Shown in pieces: positions 44,687 to 54,593 of a stretch of DNA of 64,000 nt. The notes below the pieces were generated by a model. That model saw only the letters and a program-made list of their open reading frames with translations. It was not told the origin of the DNA and did no database searches. A program made the translations under genes and the position numbers. Source of the DNA: Alistipes sp. (GTDB lineage: Bacteria; Bacteroidota; Bacteroidia; Bacteroidales; Rikenellaceae). The stretch covers positions 73,074 through 137,073 of the forward strand of contig JAFTVW010000005.1 of NCBI GenBank assembly GCA_017465605.1, written 5' to 3'. The stretch's first letter is position 1, and each line of letters starts with the position of its first letter.

Positions 44687-46012
44687 ATGGAAAGTCCAAT
44701 GAAGAAAGTGATGAAATATATGATGATGTTGCTCGTCGTAGCCACTATGGGCTTGTCGGTGCAGGCTTGGGCAAGTCCTGAGATTGCTCCTGTGGCCACT
44801 GCGGCAGTCGATGCGGCTCAGGCCGATATCGACTTGGGCGAGTCTTTGATGAATTTTGTTGAGCAGTCGGGTATTAGCGGTATCTTCGCTGATTGGCGTG
44901 TATTGGTGATGCTCATTATCTCTTGCGCGTTGCTCTATTTGGCAATCGTTAAGCAGTATGAGCCATTGTTGCTTTTGCCTATCGCCTTTGGTATGCTTTT
45001 GACCAACCTCCCAGGTGCAGGTATGTATCACACAGAGTTGTTTGAGGGCGGTCACGTTCACTGGTCAATCAACGGCACAACATTCGACCGTGTGGGTGGT
45101 CTTATCGACTTCCTCTATTTGGGTGTTAAGCTCGGTATCTATCCTTGTTTGATTTTCGTTGGTGTAGGTGCTATGACCGATTTCGGTCCACTGATTGCCA
45201 ACCCTAAGAGTTTGTTGTTGGGTGCTGCTGCGCAGTTTGGTATCTTTGCAACATTCTTGGGCGCGTCGGCTATGGGCTTCACTCCCGCTGAGGCTGGTTC
45301 AATCGGTATCATCGGTGGTGCTGATGGCCCTACGGCTATTTACCTTACTGCCAAATTGGCTCCTCAATTGTTGGGCCCAATCGCAGTTGCGGCTTACTCT
45401 TATATGGCTCTTGTGCCTGTGATTCAGCCTCCTATTATGAAGGCTCTCACAACTAAGGCAGAGCGTCAGATTGTGATGAAGCAGTTGCGTACTGTGTCGA
45501 AGACCGAGAAGATTATCTTCCCTATTGCAATGACTATGATTATCTCATTGTTGTTGCCATCGGCTGCTCCACTTATCGGCTGCTTGATGTTGGGTAACTT
45601 GATGAAGGAGTGCGGCGTTGTTGAGCGTTTGAGCAAGACTGTTCAGAATGAGTTGATGAACATCGTGACTATCTTCCTCGGTATCTCAGTAGGTGCTACT
45701 GCTACGGCTGCTAACTTCCTTAACTGGCAGACTATCGGTATTATGGTATTGGGTGTAACTGCATTCTGCTTGGGTACTGGTTCAGGTGTGATTTTGGCCA
45801 AGATTATGAATATGTTCTCTAAGGAGAAGATTAATCCATTGATTGGTTCGGCTGGTGTATCGGCTGTGCCTATGGCAGCTCGTGTATCTCAGAAGGTCGG
45901 TCAGGCAGAGAATCCTGCAAACTTCCTTTTGATGCACGCTATGGGTCCTAACGTGTCGGGTGTTATCGGTTCGGCTGTTGCCGCTGGTATCTTGTTGGCA
46001 TTCTTGGGATAG
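44687..46012 (+). CDS. Na+-translocating decarboxylase beta subunit (OadB/MmdB family)
   Basis: A polytopic membrane protein with GGADGPT and SAVPMAAR motifs. The start was set at ATG 44687. Confidence 0.9.
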   Translation: MESPMKKVMKYMMMLLVVATMGLSVQAWASPEIAPVATAAVDAAQADIDLGESLMNFVEQSGISGIFADWRVLVMLIISCALLYLAIVKQYEPLLLLPIAFGMLLTNLPGAGMYHTELFEGGHVHWSINGTTFDRVGGLIDFLYLGVKLGIYPCLIFVGVGAMTDFGPLIANPKSLLLGAAAQFGIFATFLGASAMGFTPAEAGSIGIIGGADGPTAIYLTAKLAPQLLGPIAVAAYSYMALVPVIQPPIMKALTTKAERQIVMKQLRTVSKTEKIIFPIAMTMIISLLLPSAAPLIGCLMLGNLMKECGVVERLSKTVQNELMNIVTIFLGISVGATATAANFLNWQTIGIMVLGVTAFCLGTGSGVILAKIMNMFSKEKINPLIGSAGVSAVPMAARVSQKVGQAENPANFLLMHAMGPNVSGVIGSAVAAGILLAFLG

Positions 46013-46046
46013 TAGATAGGTAGATTTATACCTATATATATTATTA

Positions 46047-46080
46047 GTCCGCTCGGCGTATGACCGAGCGGGCTTTTTTT
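46047..46080 (+). terminator. Rho-independent terminator after the decarboxylase operon
   Basis: Stem tccgctcgg/ccgagcggg followed by a T7 run. Confidence 0.8.
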
Positions 46081-46142
46081 GTGCTTTTACAGAGAAAGTT
46101 AAAATAATTTTTGGGGTTGTTGGTAATTATAAAAATATTTAC

Positions 46143-46150
46143 TACCTTTG
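46143..46150 (+). promoter_or_regulatory. -7 box for rplM-rpsI
   Basis: tacctttg lies about 62 nt upstream of the ATG at 46213. Confidence 0.45.
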
Positions 46151-46212
46151 CGCACCCGTAAATATGCGGGAATAGGATTACAACAAACAAAGTTATTAAC
46201 AAAACGTAAAAG

Positions 46213-46668
46213 ATGGATTCAAGAAGTTACAAAACTATCTCGTTGAACGCCGCTACGGTTCAGAAAGAGTGGGTCGTTATCGACGCTACCAACGAGGTAT
46301 TGGGACGTCTTGCTTCGCAGGTCGCAAAGATTTTGCGTGGTAAGAACAAGCCTGGCTACACTCCTCACGTCGATTGCGGTGATTATGTTATCGTTATCAA
46401 CGCCGAGAAGGTTAAGCTCACAGGCGCAAAGATGACCGACAAGGTCTATGTACGTCACACCGGCTATCCCGGTGGTCAGCGTTTTGCTACTCCTGCGGAC
46501 TACTTGGCAAAGAAGCCTGAGTTCGTAATCGAGCACGCTGTAAAGGGTATGTTGCCCAAGACACGTCTTGGTGAGGCTATCATCAAGAATTTGAAGGTTT
46601 ATGCAGGCGCAGAGCATCCTCACGCTGCACAGAACCCTAAGACAATTAAGTTAAACGAGATTAAGTAA
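46213..46668 (+). CDS. rplM: 50S ribosomal protein L13
   Basis: [39 protein letters not shown]. Confidence 0.97.
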   Translation: MDSRSYKTISLNAATVQKEWVVIDATNEVLGRLASQVAKILRGKNKPGYTPHVDCGDYVIVINAEKVKLTGAKMTDKVYVRHTGYPGGQRFATPADYLAKKPEFVIEHAVKGMLPKTRLGEAIIKNLKVYAGAEHPHAAQNPKTIKLNEIK

Positions 46669-46673
46669 AGAGT

Positions 46674-47063
46674 ATGGAAGTTGTAAACACCGTAGGTCGC
46701 CGTAAGGCTGCTGTGGCTCGCGTATATGTGAAGCCGGGTAATGGTCAGATTACAATCAACCACCGAGCACTCGAAGTTTATTTCCCCTTGAACATTCTCC
46801 AGTATGAGGTTAAGCAGCCTTTGTTGGTTACTAACACTTTGGAGCAGTATGATGTTACCATCAACTTGGACGGTGGTGGTATCAAGGGTCAGGCTGAGGC
46901 AGCTCGTATGGGTATTGCATGTGCATTGTGTCAGATTGACGCTGAGCAGTATCGTTCTATCTTGAAGAAGAACGGTTTCCTCACACGTGATTCTCGCGAG
47001 GTTGAGCGTAAGAAGCCCGGACAGCCCGGAGCACGTCGTAAGTTCCAGTTCAGTAAGCGTTAA
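46674..47063 (+). CDS. rpsI: 30S ribosomal protein S9
   Basis: GRRKAAVARV... and the C-terminal GARRKFQFSKR. Confidence 0.97.
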   Translation: MEVVNTVGRRKAAVARVYVKPGNGQITINHRALEVYFPLNILQYEVKQPLLVTNTLEQYDVTINLDGGGIKGQAEAARMGIACALCQIDAEQYRSILKKNGFLTRDSREVERKKPGQPGARRKFQFSKR

Positions 47064-47241
47064 TCCTTACCAGACCGAAATTTCGGCAAGCACGACAAGG
47101 GTTCGAAATTCGCAAGACTGCTATTATATATTCGGTATTACTTACGAATTGCCCTGTCGCGGAAAACCCATCGGATTGGCCGAGGGTCACTACCGATAGG
47201 TTGAAGAAAAGAGAAATTAAAATTAAAACAAAAGAATTAAA
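47064..47241 (+). promoter_or_regulatory. Long structured leader upstream of rpsB (candidate S2 autoregulatory element)
   Basis: A 178-nt non-coding gap inside a ribosomal protein cluster. It contains the stems cccatcgg/ccgatagg and ccgaaa/tttcgg, followed by an A-rich tract before the ATG. Confidence 0.25.
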
Positions 47242-48081
47242 ATGTCACGCACAGATTTTAATACATTATTGGATGCAGGCGTTCACTTTGGTCACTTGAA
47301 GCGTAAGTGGAATCCCAAAATGGCTCCATATATCTTTATGGAGAAGAACGGCATTCACATCATCGACCTTCACAAGACTGTTGTAAAGCTCGATGAGGCA
47401 GCTGCAGCACTCAAACAGATCGCTAAGAGCGGTCGTCGTGTGTTGTTTGTTGCTACAAAGAAACAAGCAAAGGAGATTGTTGCCGAAAAGGTAGCTCCCG
47501 TTGGAATGCCTTACGTTACAGAGCGTTGGGCTGGCGGTATGCTTACAAACTTCCCCACAATACGTAAAGCCGTTAAGAAGATGGCTACCATCGACAAGAT
47601 GTTGAACGATGGAACTTATGATAATTTCTCAAAGCGCGAGAAGCTTCAGATTGAGCGTCAGCGCGCTAAGTTGGAGAAGAACCTCGGTTCTATCTCTGAC
47701 CTTACTCGCCTTCCTGCTGCATTGTTCGTTGTTGACGTTCAGAAGGAGGCTAACGCCGTTAAGGAGGCAAAGCGATTGAATATTCCCGTATTTGCAATGG
47801 TAGATACTTGTTGTGATCCTACTGACATCGATTACGTAATCCCTGCAAATGACGATGCTACAAAGTCAATCGCTACTGTTCTTGACGTAGTTTGCGGTGC
47901 TATCGCTGAGGGTACCGAGGAGCGTAAGCTCGAGAAGGAGAAGGAGGCTCAGGAGTCTGAGGCCGCTGCTCCTGCAAAGCAGAGCAAGCCCCGCATCAAG
48001 AAGGCTGTTAAGGCTGCCGTAGATGCTGAGGAGGCTGTTGTTGCCGAGGTTGTAGCTGCAACTGAGGAGAAGGCTGAGTAA
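47242..48081 (+). CDS. rpsB: 30S ribosomal protein S2
   Basis: LLDAGVHFGHLKRKWNPKM, ERWAGGMLTNF, and an acidic/Ala-rich C-terminal extension. Confidence 0.97.
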   Translation: MSRTDFNTLLDAGVHFGHLKRKWNPKMAPYIFMEKNGIHIIDLHKTVVKLDEAAAALKQIAKSGRRVLFVATKKQAKEIVAEKVAPVGMPYVTERWAGGMLTNFPTIRKAVKKMATIDKMLNDGTYDNFSKREKLQIERQRAKLEKNLGSISDLTRLPAALFVVDVQKEANAVKEAKRLNIPVFAMVDTCCDPTDIDYVIPANDDATKSIATVLDVVCGAIAEGTEERKLEKEKEAQESEAAAPAKQSKPRIKKAVKAAVDAEEAVVAEVVAATEEKAE

Positions 48082-48138
48082 TTCAGTGGCAAAAATTTTG
48101 CAAAGAGAAATTATTAACAATTAAACACAAAGACGATT

Positions 48139-48969
48139 ATGGAAATCAAAGCAGCAGATGTAATGAAGCTCCGCAAGATGACCGGTGCTGGTATGATGGA
48201 CTGCAAGAAGGCTCTTATTGAGGCTGAGGGTGATTACGAGCGTGCAAAGGATATTATCCGCGAGAAGGGTAAGCTCGTTGTTAGCAAGCGTGCAGACCGT
48301 AGCGCATCTGAGGGTGTTGTAGTTACCAAGATCGCAGGTCAGAAGGCATATTTGTTGTGCCTTGCTTGCGAGACAGACTTCGTGGCTCAGAACTCAGAGT
48401 TCTCTGCTTCGGCTAATGCTATCTTGGATATCGCAGTTGCTAACGATGCAGCTGATATCGAGGCTTTGAAGGCTATCAAGAATGCTGAGGGTGTTACCGT
48501 AGAGGAGATGGTAACCGAGAAGTCTGGTCAGACAGGCGAGAAGGTTGAGTTGGCATACTATGGCCGTATCGAGGCTCCTTACTGCAACGCATATGTTCAC
48601 TTCAATAAGAAGTTGGGTACTATCCTCGGTTTCAACAAGGAGGTATCTGAGGAGGTTGCTCACACTATCGCAATGCAGGCAACAGCTATGGCTCCTATCT
48701 CTATCGACGAGAACGACTGCCCAGCAGACGTAGTTGAGAAGGAGAAGGCTATCGCATTGGAGATGATGAAGCAGGATCCTAAGAACGCTAACAAGCCTGA
48801 GGCTATCTTGGCTAAGATTGCAGAGGGTAAGATGCGTAAGTTCTTCGAGGAGAACACTCTCTTGAACCAGGCATTGGTTGGTGAGAAGATCTCTATCCGC
48901 GAGTACTTGCAGCAGGCTGACAAGGAGGCTAACATCATCGCTTACAAGCGTTTCGCTTTGGAGGCATAA
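48139..48969 (+). CDS. tsf: Translation elongation factor Ts
   Basis: VMKLRKMTGAGMMDCKKAL (UBA-like N-terminus), and its position after rpsB. Confidence 0.96.
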   Translation: MEIKAADVMKLRKMTGAGMMDCKKALIEAEGDYERAKDIIREKGKLVVSKRADRSASEGVVVTKIAGQKAYLLCLACETDFVAQNSEFSASANAILDIAVANDAADIEALKAIKNAEGVTVEEMVTEKSGQTGEKVELAYYGRIEAPYCNAYVHFNKKLGTILGFNKEVSEEVAHTIAMQATAMAPISIDENDCPADVVEKEKAIALEMMKQDPKNANKPEAILAKIAEGKMRKFFEENTLLNQALVGEKISIREYLQQADKEANIIAYKRFALEA

Positions 48970-49012
48970 TTTTAAGCCTATGGGCGCGACTGCAAAGTTG
49001 CGCACTATATAA

Positions 49013-49045
49013 GAAAAGTCCCGACCGTGAGGTTGGGACTTTTTT
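49013..49045. terminator. Bidirectional rho-independent terminator (tsf on the plus strand, regulator gene on the minus strand)
   Basis: Stem agtcccgacc/ggttgggact flanked by an A4 run and a T6 run. Confidence 0.8.
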
Positions 49046-49066
49046 GTGATTCAAACATTTCATTAT

Positions 49067-49357
49067 TTATATACCTTTACCTATGTAGCTGCGTAGAGCC
49101 GCTACATACTCTTCGAAGGCCGATACACCCTCTTGGGTAATGGCGCAGGTTGTGCGTGGCATCTTGCCTTTGAAACCCTTTTCTATGGTGATGTAACCAG
49201 CCTTTTGCAGCTTGTCTAATTGTACACTCAGATTGCCTGCTGTCGCTCCTGTCTGCTCGCGCAGAAAGACAAAATCGGCACTTTCGACACTTAGCAAAAC
49301 CGACATTACGGCAAGTCGCAATTCCGAATGTAGTAGTGGATTAAGTTCTTTGAACAT
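49067..49357 (-). CDS. Small winged-helix transcriptional regulator
   Basis: 96 aa with a wHTH pattern (FLREQTGATAGNLSVQLDKLQKAGYITIEK). Confidence 0.6.
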   Translation of the reverse strand: MFKELNPLLHSELRLAVMSVLLSVESADFVFLREQTGATAGNLSVQLDKLQKAGYITIEKGFKGKMPRTTCAITQEGVSAFEEYVAALRSYIGKGI

Positions 49358-49368
49358 ACGCTGTCCGA

Positions 49369-49986
49369 TTATCTGTTGTATTTATGGTTTAGAATATGTC
49401 CTGGTATAACCATCATAAAGAGAAATATCGCAGCAAATAGCAGAAAATCAGTGCGTAGCCATTCTGTGTGTTGTGCAATATCGTTCACTCCGACAAATCG
49501 AATCATCAACCATTGTTTTAAGGGAAAGAGTATCGACGATGCCATAGCTGCTATTCCACCGATTTGTGTGGCTCTGTCGCGAATGATATATCCTGTCATT
49601 GTCGTTCCCATTCCTGCCATCAGTATCACGAGGAAAAGAATGGGGGCGTGGTAATATACGAAGGCAAACATAATCCAAAAGAATGAGATGCCTATTACGC
49701 ACCAAATAATCGAAATTACGCGGTCAATATAGTTCTTTGCACCGTTGTCGTGCTTGCCCCAAATCATCATTCCTACCCAGCCAATAATGGGAATAAGCCA
49801 CCATAGCCACCAATATTGTATGTCGTATTGGGATAGGACATAATTGAGGATTGAGATTGCGACTGTCGTGTATCCCCAAATTAGAAATGGAGTACCTGAA
49901 TTACGGGCCAAACGTGCGCGTGAGTCTTGAATCATTGAGGTTATGAGCTCTATGCTCTGTGCCTCAGAAAAATTGTTGTTTTGCAT
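49369..49986 (-). CDS. Multi-pass membrane protein of unknown function, co-transcribed with the wHTH regulator
   Basis: The start was set at ATG 49986 (MQNNNFSEAQ). It has 5-6 TM helices, and its stop lies 11 nt before the regulator's ATG. Confidence 0.55.
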   Translation of the reverse strand: MQNNNFSEAQSIELITSMIQDSRARLARNSGTPFLIWGYTTVAISILNYVLSQYDIQYWWLWWLIPIIGWVGMMIWGKHDNGAKNYIDRVISIIWCVIGISFFWIMFAFVYYHAPILFLVILMAGMGTTMTGYIIRDRATQIGGIAAMASSILFPLKQWLMIRFVGVNDIAQHTEWLRTDFLLFAAIFLFMMVIPGHILNHKYNR

Positions 49987-50075
49987 AATTTTGTTGTTTT
50001 TTGTGGTTTGTTTTGTGGTTCCCTCCGACTCTGTATTGTGGTGTACAGATAGGGTGGGTGTTTTTTTTTGTAATG

Positions 50076-50083
50076 CAAATATA
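50076..50083 (-). promoter_or_regulatory. -7 box for the membrane protein/regulator operon
   Basis: tatatttg on the minus strand, about 90 nt upstream of the ATG at 49986. Confidence 0.35.
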
Positions 50084-50283
50084 AAGTAGTTTATAATATA
50101 AACCAAATTTTCGGCCAATATTTTTTATAATATCTTCTGGAAATTTTTATACCTATATTTTATGTGATGTTTTGCTATGATATTGTTCCTCAAATGGGAT
50201 ATAAGTGGCTGGAATCTGCTGAATTGGAGTATTTGAGTGTGAAATATGTTATCGTTTGGTCTTTTTTGACTACCTTTGTGGCG

Positions 50284-50907
50284 ATGGAGAAGTTGAAAAA
50301 GATATTTGTTGGCATAGTGTTTCTCACGTTGAGCGTTAACGCATACTCTCAGGGTTATCTAAAAATGAACGCACTATATGCTACCGTTGGTGTTATCAAT
50401 CCGCAGTTGGAGGTGGTTATCTCGCCACATTCAACTATGTCGGTTGATATTACTTTCTCGCCGTGGAGACGATGGAATGGAAATCACTCTCAGTTTGGTA
50501 TGTTAATGAGTGAGTACCGCTACTATTTCAAGCAGGCTACTCGTGGCTGGTATTTGGGTGCTAATGCGGCGATGATTGCCTTTGACCTTAATAGACCTCA
50601 ATTTTGGGCTGATGGACGTTTCATTAGCCGCCAAAGCGATTATGGTAAGGGTTTCAGCCTTGCGTTTGGAGTGAGTGCTGGTTGGGCGCATTGGCTGTCG
50701 GAAAGGTGGATTTTCGATATATCGTTTGCATTTGATAGAGTATCGTCGTGGTATAATCGATACCGAAAGAATGGAGATATTGAGATGAACCCTCAGGGGC
50801 ACGAGCATTACGAAAAGCCCGACCCATTTAATGGCTCATTGGAGGATATACCCTTAAAGCTTGCTGTGTCGTTTGGTTATAGAATATTTAAGCCAAAGGA
50901 TAAGTAA
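50284..50907 (+). CDS. DUF3575-like outer-membrane beta-barrel protein
   Basis: The start was set at ATG 50284 (signal peptide MEKLKKIFVGIVFLTLSVNAYSQ). It has the pattern NALYATVGVINPQLEV...SEYRYYF, typical of DUF3575. Confidence 0.6.
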   Translation: MEKLKKIFVGIVFLTLSVNAYSQGYLKMNALYATVGVINPQLEVVISPHSTMSVDITFSPWRRWNGNHSQFGMLMSEYRYYFKQATRGWYLGANAAMIAFDLNRPQFWADGRFISRQSDYGKGFSLAFGVSAGWAHWLSERWIFDISFAFDRVSSWYNRYRKNGDIEMNPQGHEHYEKPDPFNGSLEDIPLKLAVSFGYRIFKPKDK

Positions 50908-50920
50908 GATAAGATAGTTA

Positions 50921-50966
50921 AAAAACCGTCCCAAAATGGTTAAGTGAAACCAATTGGGACGGTTTT
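50921..50966. terminator. Bidirectional terminator between convergent genes
   Basis: Stem aaaaccgtcccaa/ttgggacggtttt with a 19-nt loop. Confidence 0.7.
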
Positions 50967-50983
50967 ATGTTGGTTGTTCGCTA

Positions 50984-51451
50984 TTATAACAACCTGACAA
51001 TCTTCTCTAACCACTCTTGGTCAATGCTGTCGAATGTCGCCAAATGCTCGCTATCAATGTCGAGTACGGCAATAACCTTTTCGTTGTCCCACACTGGTAC
51101 GACAATCTCGCTACGAGAGAGTGAACTGCACGCAATATGTCCTGGAAATTGCTCTACATCTGGCACCACCTGCGTCGTTTGCTCTTTCCACGCTGTACCG
51201 CATACTCCACGACCATAGGCAATACGGCTACACGCCAGTGGCCCTTGAAAAGGCCCTAACACCAACTCCTTGCCGCATACACGATAGAATCCTGTCCACC
51301 AGAAATTGAACGTAAAGTGTATCATTGCCGCTATGTTGGCCATATTGGCAATCGTGTCGCGTTCACCCTCTATAAGAGCGACAATCTGCTTATATAGAAG
51401 GGCATATTTCTCCTCCTTGCCACCATTGGCTATTATAAGATTCTCGGCCAT
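50984..51451 (-). CDS. msrC: GAF-domain protein, free methionine-(R)-sulfoxide reductase type (YebR/MsrC-like)
   Basis: WTGFYRV..LVLGPFQGPLACSRIAYGRGVCGTA...FPGHIACSS..SEIVVP pattern. The start was set at ATG 51451. Confidence 0.8.
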   Translation of the reverse strand: MAENLIIANGGKEEKYALLYKQIVALIEGERDTIANMANIAAMIHFTFNFWWTGFYRVCGKELVLGPFQGPLACSRIAYGRGVCGTAWKEQTTQVVPDVEQFPGHIACSSLSRSEIVVPVWDNEKVIAVLDIDSEHLATFDSIDQEWLEKIVRLL

Positions 51452-51453
51452 AG

Positions 51454-53016
51454 CTACTCCTTTTTCCACATTTTATCACCCAAATAGAAGTAGAGTGTAC
51501 CGTATGAATAACGGCCTGTTTGTGCTCCTCTATCGAATGTTATCCATAAATATCGCTCATAATTGCCGTATGGAACAGGAACGATTGTGGGCCAGCCACG
51601 AAAACCTCCGTTGGCATATTGTTGTTGGAATGTGCCGAGGTAGTCGAGCGTTGGGTAATCGTAGATGTAGAACGTGGTGTCGCTACCGCCACTAAGCACA
51701 TAACGTTTGCCTCCTACGGTGGTAATTCTGATACCCGTATTGTTGTTTTTGGTAGATTCTGCAATCTGAACGTATGGGCCATTCCAATTCTTGCTCTCGC
51801 AAAGGTAGGTCACATACGATTTATCTTTAAGAGCGCAGTAAGCCAAACGCCATCTTTTAGCCTTTGCATCGTAGAAGAAGTCGGGGTCTTCGGTGTTGTA
51901 TTTAATTTCGGCTTTTGTGCCGCGTGTGTAGTTGTGAGGGAAATCCAACTCGGTACACTCCAAGAAATGAATACCGTGCAGAAGGTCGGCCTTAGTTGAG
52001 CAGTAGGCCAAAGTGTGGGTGTCGCCGTGAGTGGTTGTCATAACCAAATACTCCTCATTTTGCGGGTCGTAAACCACCTTTGTAGCGTGAAATCCATACA
52101 TTATACCATCGCCCTTGCCGAAGAACATAGCTCCCTCTAAACGCAACTCAAATGATGTCAAATCGAGCGAATACATACCCTGATATGAGTCGGGAATCTG
52201 CTCAAAACCACGAGATGTAAAGCATACATATAAACGGCCATCACGAATCAAAGGCTCTCCATCGGTAGTTTGCACTATTTGAGGGTCGGCCTGACCTGTG
52301 CCACAAGTGAGTAGGCTTTGAGCCTTAGTTATAGCGATTTGGCCTGCTTGTGATGGCGCGACATAGATTCCGAATGAGTGCGTAGTGCAACTTTCGATGT
52401 TTCGCATATCGTTCTTTACGCTATATAGGAGTTCTGCGCGGCCATCGTCGTAGATACGGAAAAGGTGAAAACGAAGACCAGTATATTGCAGGCGAAGATT
52501 GATTTTGTCGCTTTTTGAGGTTGATTTTTCAGCCAAGATACTCTCTTTGCCGTTGGTGATTTTGAGCGATTTAATCTTTCCGTCAGAATATATAGTTCTG
52601 ATAATATCGCCGCTACCGTTGTTTGCATAAAATTCAATGCCTGCGGCATCAGTAGGGTCTAATTCTGCGAATTGTGCCTCATAGCATAGATAAGGGTGAA
52701 ATGCACCAACCCTCAGCGTTGCAGCCTCTTTGGCCTCGGCTGATACGACAAGGAGCGTGCGACCTTGTTGTTTGATTTGAGGTAGAGCGGCAGTACCTCT
52801 GTTTTCGATAATAATATTAGCAGAGTTGGGTAGAAAAAGATTCGTACCCTCCATATTTATTTGACTCATCACCTTGTTTGAGGTGTAGAAATTGCGCACA
52901 AATGATTGGCGCACGAAGGTCATATCCTCCAATTTTACACTCTGCTGAGGCTTTTGTGCCTGCGAAAAAGAGATGATACCCAAAATGGCTAATGTGGTCA
53001 ATAAAAATCTTTTCAT
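51454..53016 (-). CDS. Secreted protein of unknown function (about 520 aa)
   Basis: Signal peptide MKRFLLTTLAILGIISFSQAQ at the corrected start. It is beta-rich and Tyr/Gly-rich, and no catalytic motif was recognised. Confidence 0.6.
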   Translation of the reverse strand: MKRFLLTTLAILGIISFSQAQKPQQSVKLEDMTFVRQSFVRNFYTSNKVMSQINMEGTNLFLPNSANIIIENRGTAALPQIKQQGRTLLVVSAEAKEAATLRVGAFHPYLCYEAQFAELDPTDAAGIEFYANNGSGDIIRTIYSDGKIKSLKITNGKESILAEKSTSKSDKINLRLQYTGLRFHLFRIYDDGRAELLYSVKNDMRNIESCTTHSFGIYVAPSQAGQIAITKAQSLLTCGTGQADPQIVQTTDGEPLIRDGRLYVCFTSRGFEQIPDSYQGMYSLDLTSFELRLEGAMFFGKGDGIMYGFHATKVVYDPQNEEYLVMTTTHGDTHTLAYCSTKADLLHGIHFLECTELDFPHNYTRGTKAEIKYNTEDPDFFYDAKAKRWRLAYCALKDKSYVTYLCESKNWNGPYVQIAESTKNNNTGIRITTVGGKRYVLSGGSDTTFYIYDYPTLDYLGTFQQQYANGGFRGWPTIVPVPYGNYERYLWITFDRGAQTGRYSYGTLYFYLGDKMWKKE

Positions 53017-53040
53017 AGCGGATTTTTCTATTTGTTTAGG

Positions 53041-53048
53041 CAAATTTA
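53041..53048 (-). promoter_or_regulatory. -7 box for the 520-aa secreted protein gene
   Basis: taaatttg on the minus strand, 24 nt upstream of the ATG at 53016. Confidence 0.35.
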
Positions 53049-53089
53049 ATAAAAACTATCATTAAATTGGAAATCCTGCTCGGATTTTG

Positions 53090-53097
53090 TAAATTTG
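53090..53097 (+). promoter_or_regulatory. -7 box for pepD
   Basis: taaatttg lies 22 nt upstream of the ATG at 53120. Confidence 0.45.
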
Positions 53098-53119
53098 CAA
53101 AAAGCAATTTTTATATTTT

Positions 53120-54571
53120 ATGGCAAATATTCGAGATTTACAGCCGCGTTTGGTGTGGGAACAGTTCGACGACATCACTCGCGTTCCACGTCCTTCAAAG
53201 AAGGAGGAGAAAATTATTGAGTTTTTGATTGACTTCGCAAAGCAGCACTCTTTGGAGTGGAAGCGCGACAAGATAGGAAATGTGGTTATTCGCAAAGCTG
53301 CCACTGCGGGATATGAGCAACGTCCGACAGTGATTTTGCAGTCGCATATGGATATGGTATGCGAGAAGAACTCCGATGTGGTGTTCGACTTCGAGAGCCA
53401 ACCTATCAAGACCCGTATTGAAGATGGTTGGGTACGTGCCGAAGGTACTACACTCGGAGCAGATTGCGGAATAGGTATGGCAGCGGCTTTGGCAATGCTT
53501 ATCGACGAAAAGGTTGAGCACGGAGCGTTGGAGGCTCTTTTTACCGTTGATGAGGAGACCGGACTTACAGGTGCTTTCGAACTTGGCGAGGGAATGCTTA
53601 CGGGCAAATATCTTATAAATCTTGATTCGGAGGACGAAGGCGAGATTTTTATCGGTTGTGCTGGCGGAGTCGATACGATTGCTACTTTTACTTGCCCTCG
53701 CGAATCAGCTCCCAAAGGTTATGATTTCTATCGTTTCGATGTGTCGGACCTGCTGGGTGGCCATTCGGGCGATGATATTGACAAGGGTCGTGCAAATTCA
53801 AACAAGATAGCTGCTCGCCTTATGATTGAGGCTCAGCAGGATTTTGAGGGTAGATTGAGTTACTTCGATGGCGGTAATTTGCGAAATGCCATTCCGCGAG
53901 AGGCATATATGATATTTGGAGTGCCATCGTATCGTAGCGAGGATTTTAGGGCTTATTGCAATAAATTTATCGACGATGTTAAATCGGAGTATCGCCCGAC
54001 AGAGCCTAATATGCGATTGGTATTATCGGAGATGCCTTCTGTTGATGATGTTTTGGAGGAGGGCGCACAACACAACTTAGTTGGAGCATTGGTTGGCCTA
54101 CCTAATGGAGTGTTGGCAATGTCACAAGCTGTTAAGGGGTTGGTTGAGACTTCAACAAATTTGGCATCGGTAAAATTTGTCGGTCGCGAAAAAGTTATAG
54201 TAACCACATCGCAACGCTCATCAATCGAGAGTGCAAAGACTTACGCTAAACTTATGGTAGAGTCGGTATTTGTACTTGCAGGTGCATCGGTCGAACACTC
54301 AGACGGATATCCAGGCTGGTCACCCGACCCGACATCACGACTGTTGAATCTCACGGTTGAGAGTTACCGTCGTTTGTTTGCAACAGAGCCAATCGTAAGA
54401 GCAGTACACGCAGGATTGGAGTGTGGTCTGTTCTTGGAGAAGTATCCCGAATTGGAGATGGTGTCGTTTGGCCCGACAATTCGAGGTGTACACTCTCCCG
54501 ATGAGAGATTAGAGATAGCGACCGTAGATAAGTTTTGGCGATTGCTCTGCGATGTTGTAAAGAGCATATAA
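53120..54571 (+). CDS. pepD: Aminoacyl-histidine dipeptidase (M20C, PepD / Xaa-His dipeptidase)
   Basis: LQPRLVWEQFDDITRVPRPSKKE, LQSHMDMV, TTLGADCGIGMA, and FTVDEETGLTGA. Confidence 0.88.
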   Translation: MANIRDLQPRLVWEQFDDITRVPRPSKKEEKIIEFLIDFAKQHSLEWKRDKIGNVVIRKAATAGYEQRPTVILQSHMDMVCEKNSDVVFDFESQPIKTRIEDGWVRAEGTTLGADCGIGMAAALAMLIDEKVEHGALEALFTVDEETGLTGAFELGEGMLTGKYLINLDSEDEGEIFIGCAGGVDTIATFTCPRESAPKGYDFYRFDVSDLLGGHSGDDIDKGRANSNKIAARLMIEAQQDFEGRLSYFDGGNLRNAIPREAYMIFGVPSYRSEDFRAYCNKFIDDVKSEYRPTEPNMRLVLSEMPSVDDVLEEGAQHNLVGALVGLPNGVLAMSQAVKGLVETSTNLASVKFVGREKVIVTTSQRSSIESAKTYAKLMVESVFVLAGASVEHSDGYPGWSPDPTSRLLNLTVESYRRLFATEPIVRAVHAGLECGLFLEKYPELEMVSFGPTIRGVHSPDERLEIATVDKFWRLLCDVVKSI

Positions 54572-54593
54572 ACGCGACAAATGCTAACCCACA

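Noticed and set aside
53062-53715. 217-aa ORF antisense to pepD
   Set aside because: It overlaps the well-supported pepD and its promoter region. It is Ser/Pro/Ile-rich low-complexity sequence with no recognisable family.
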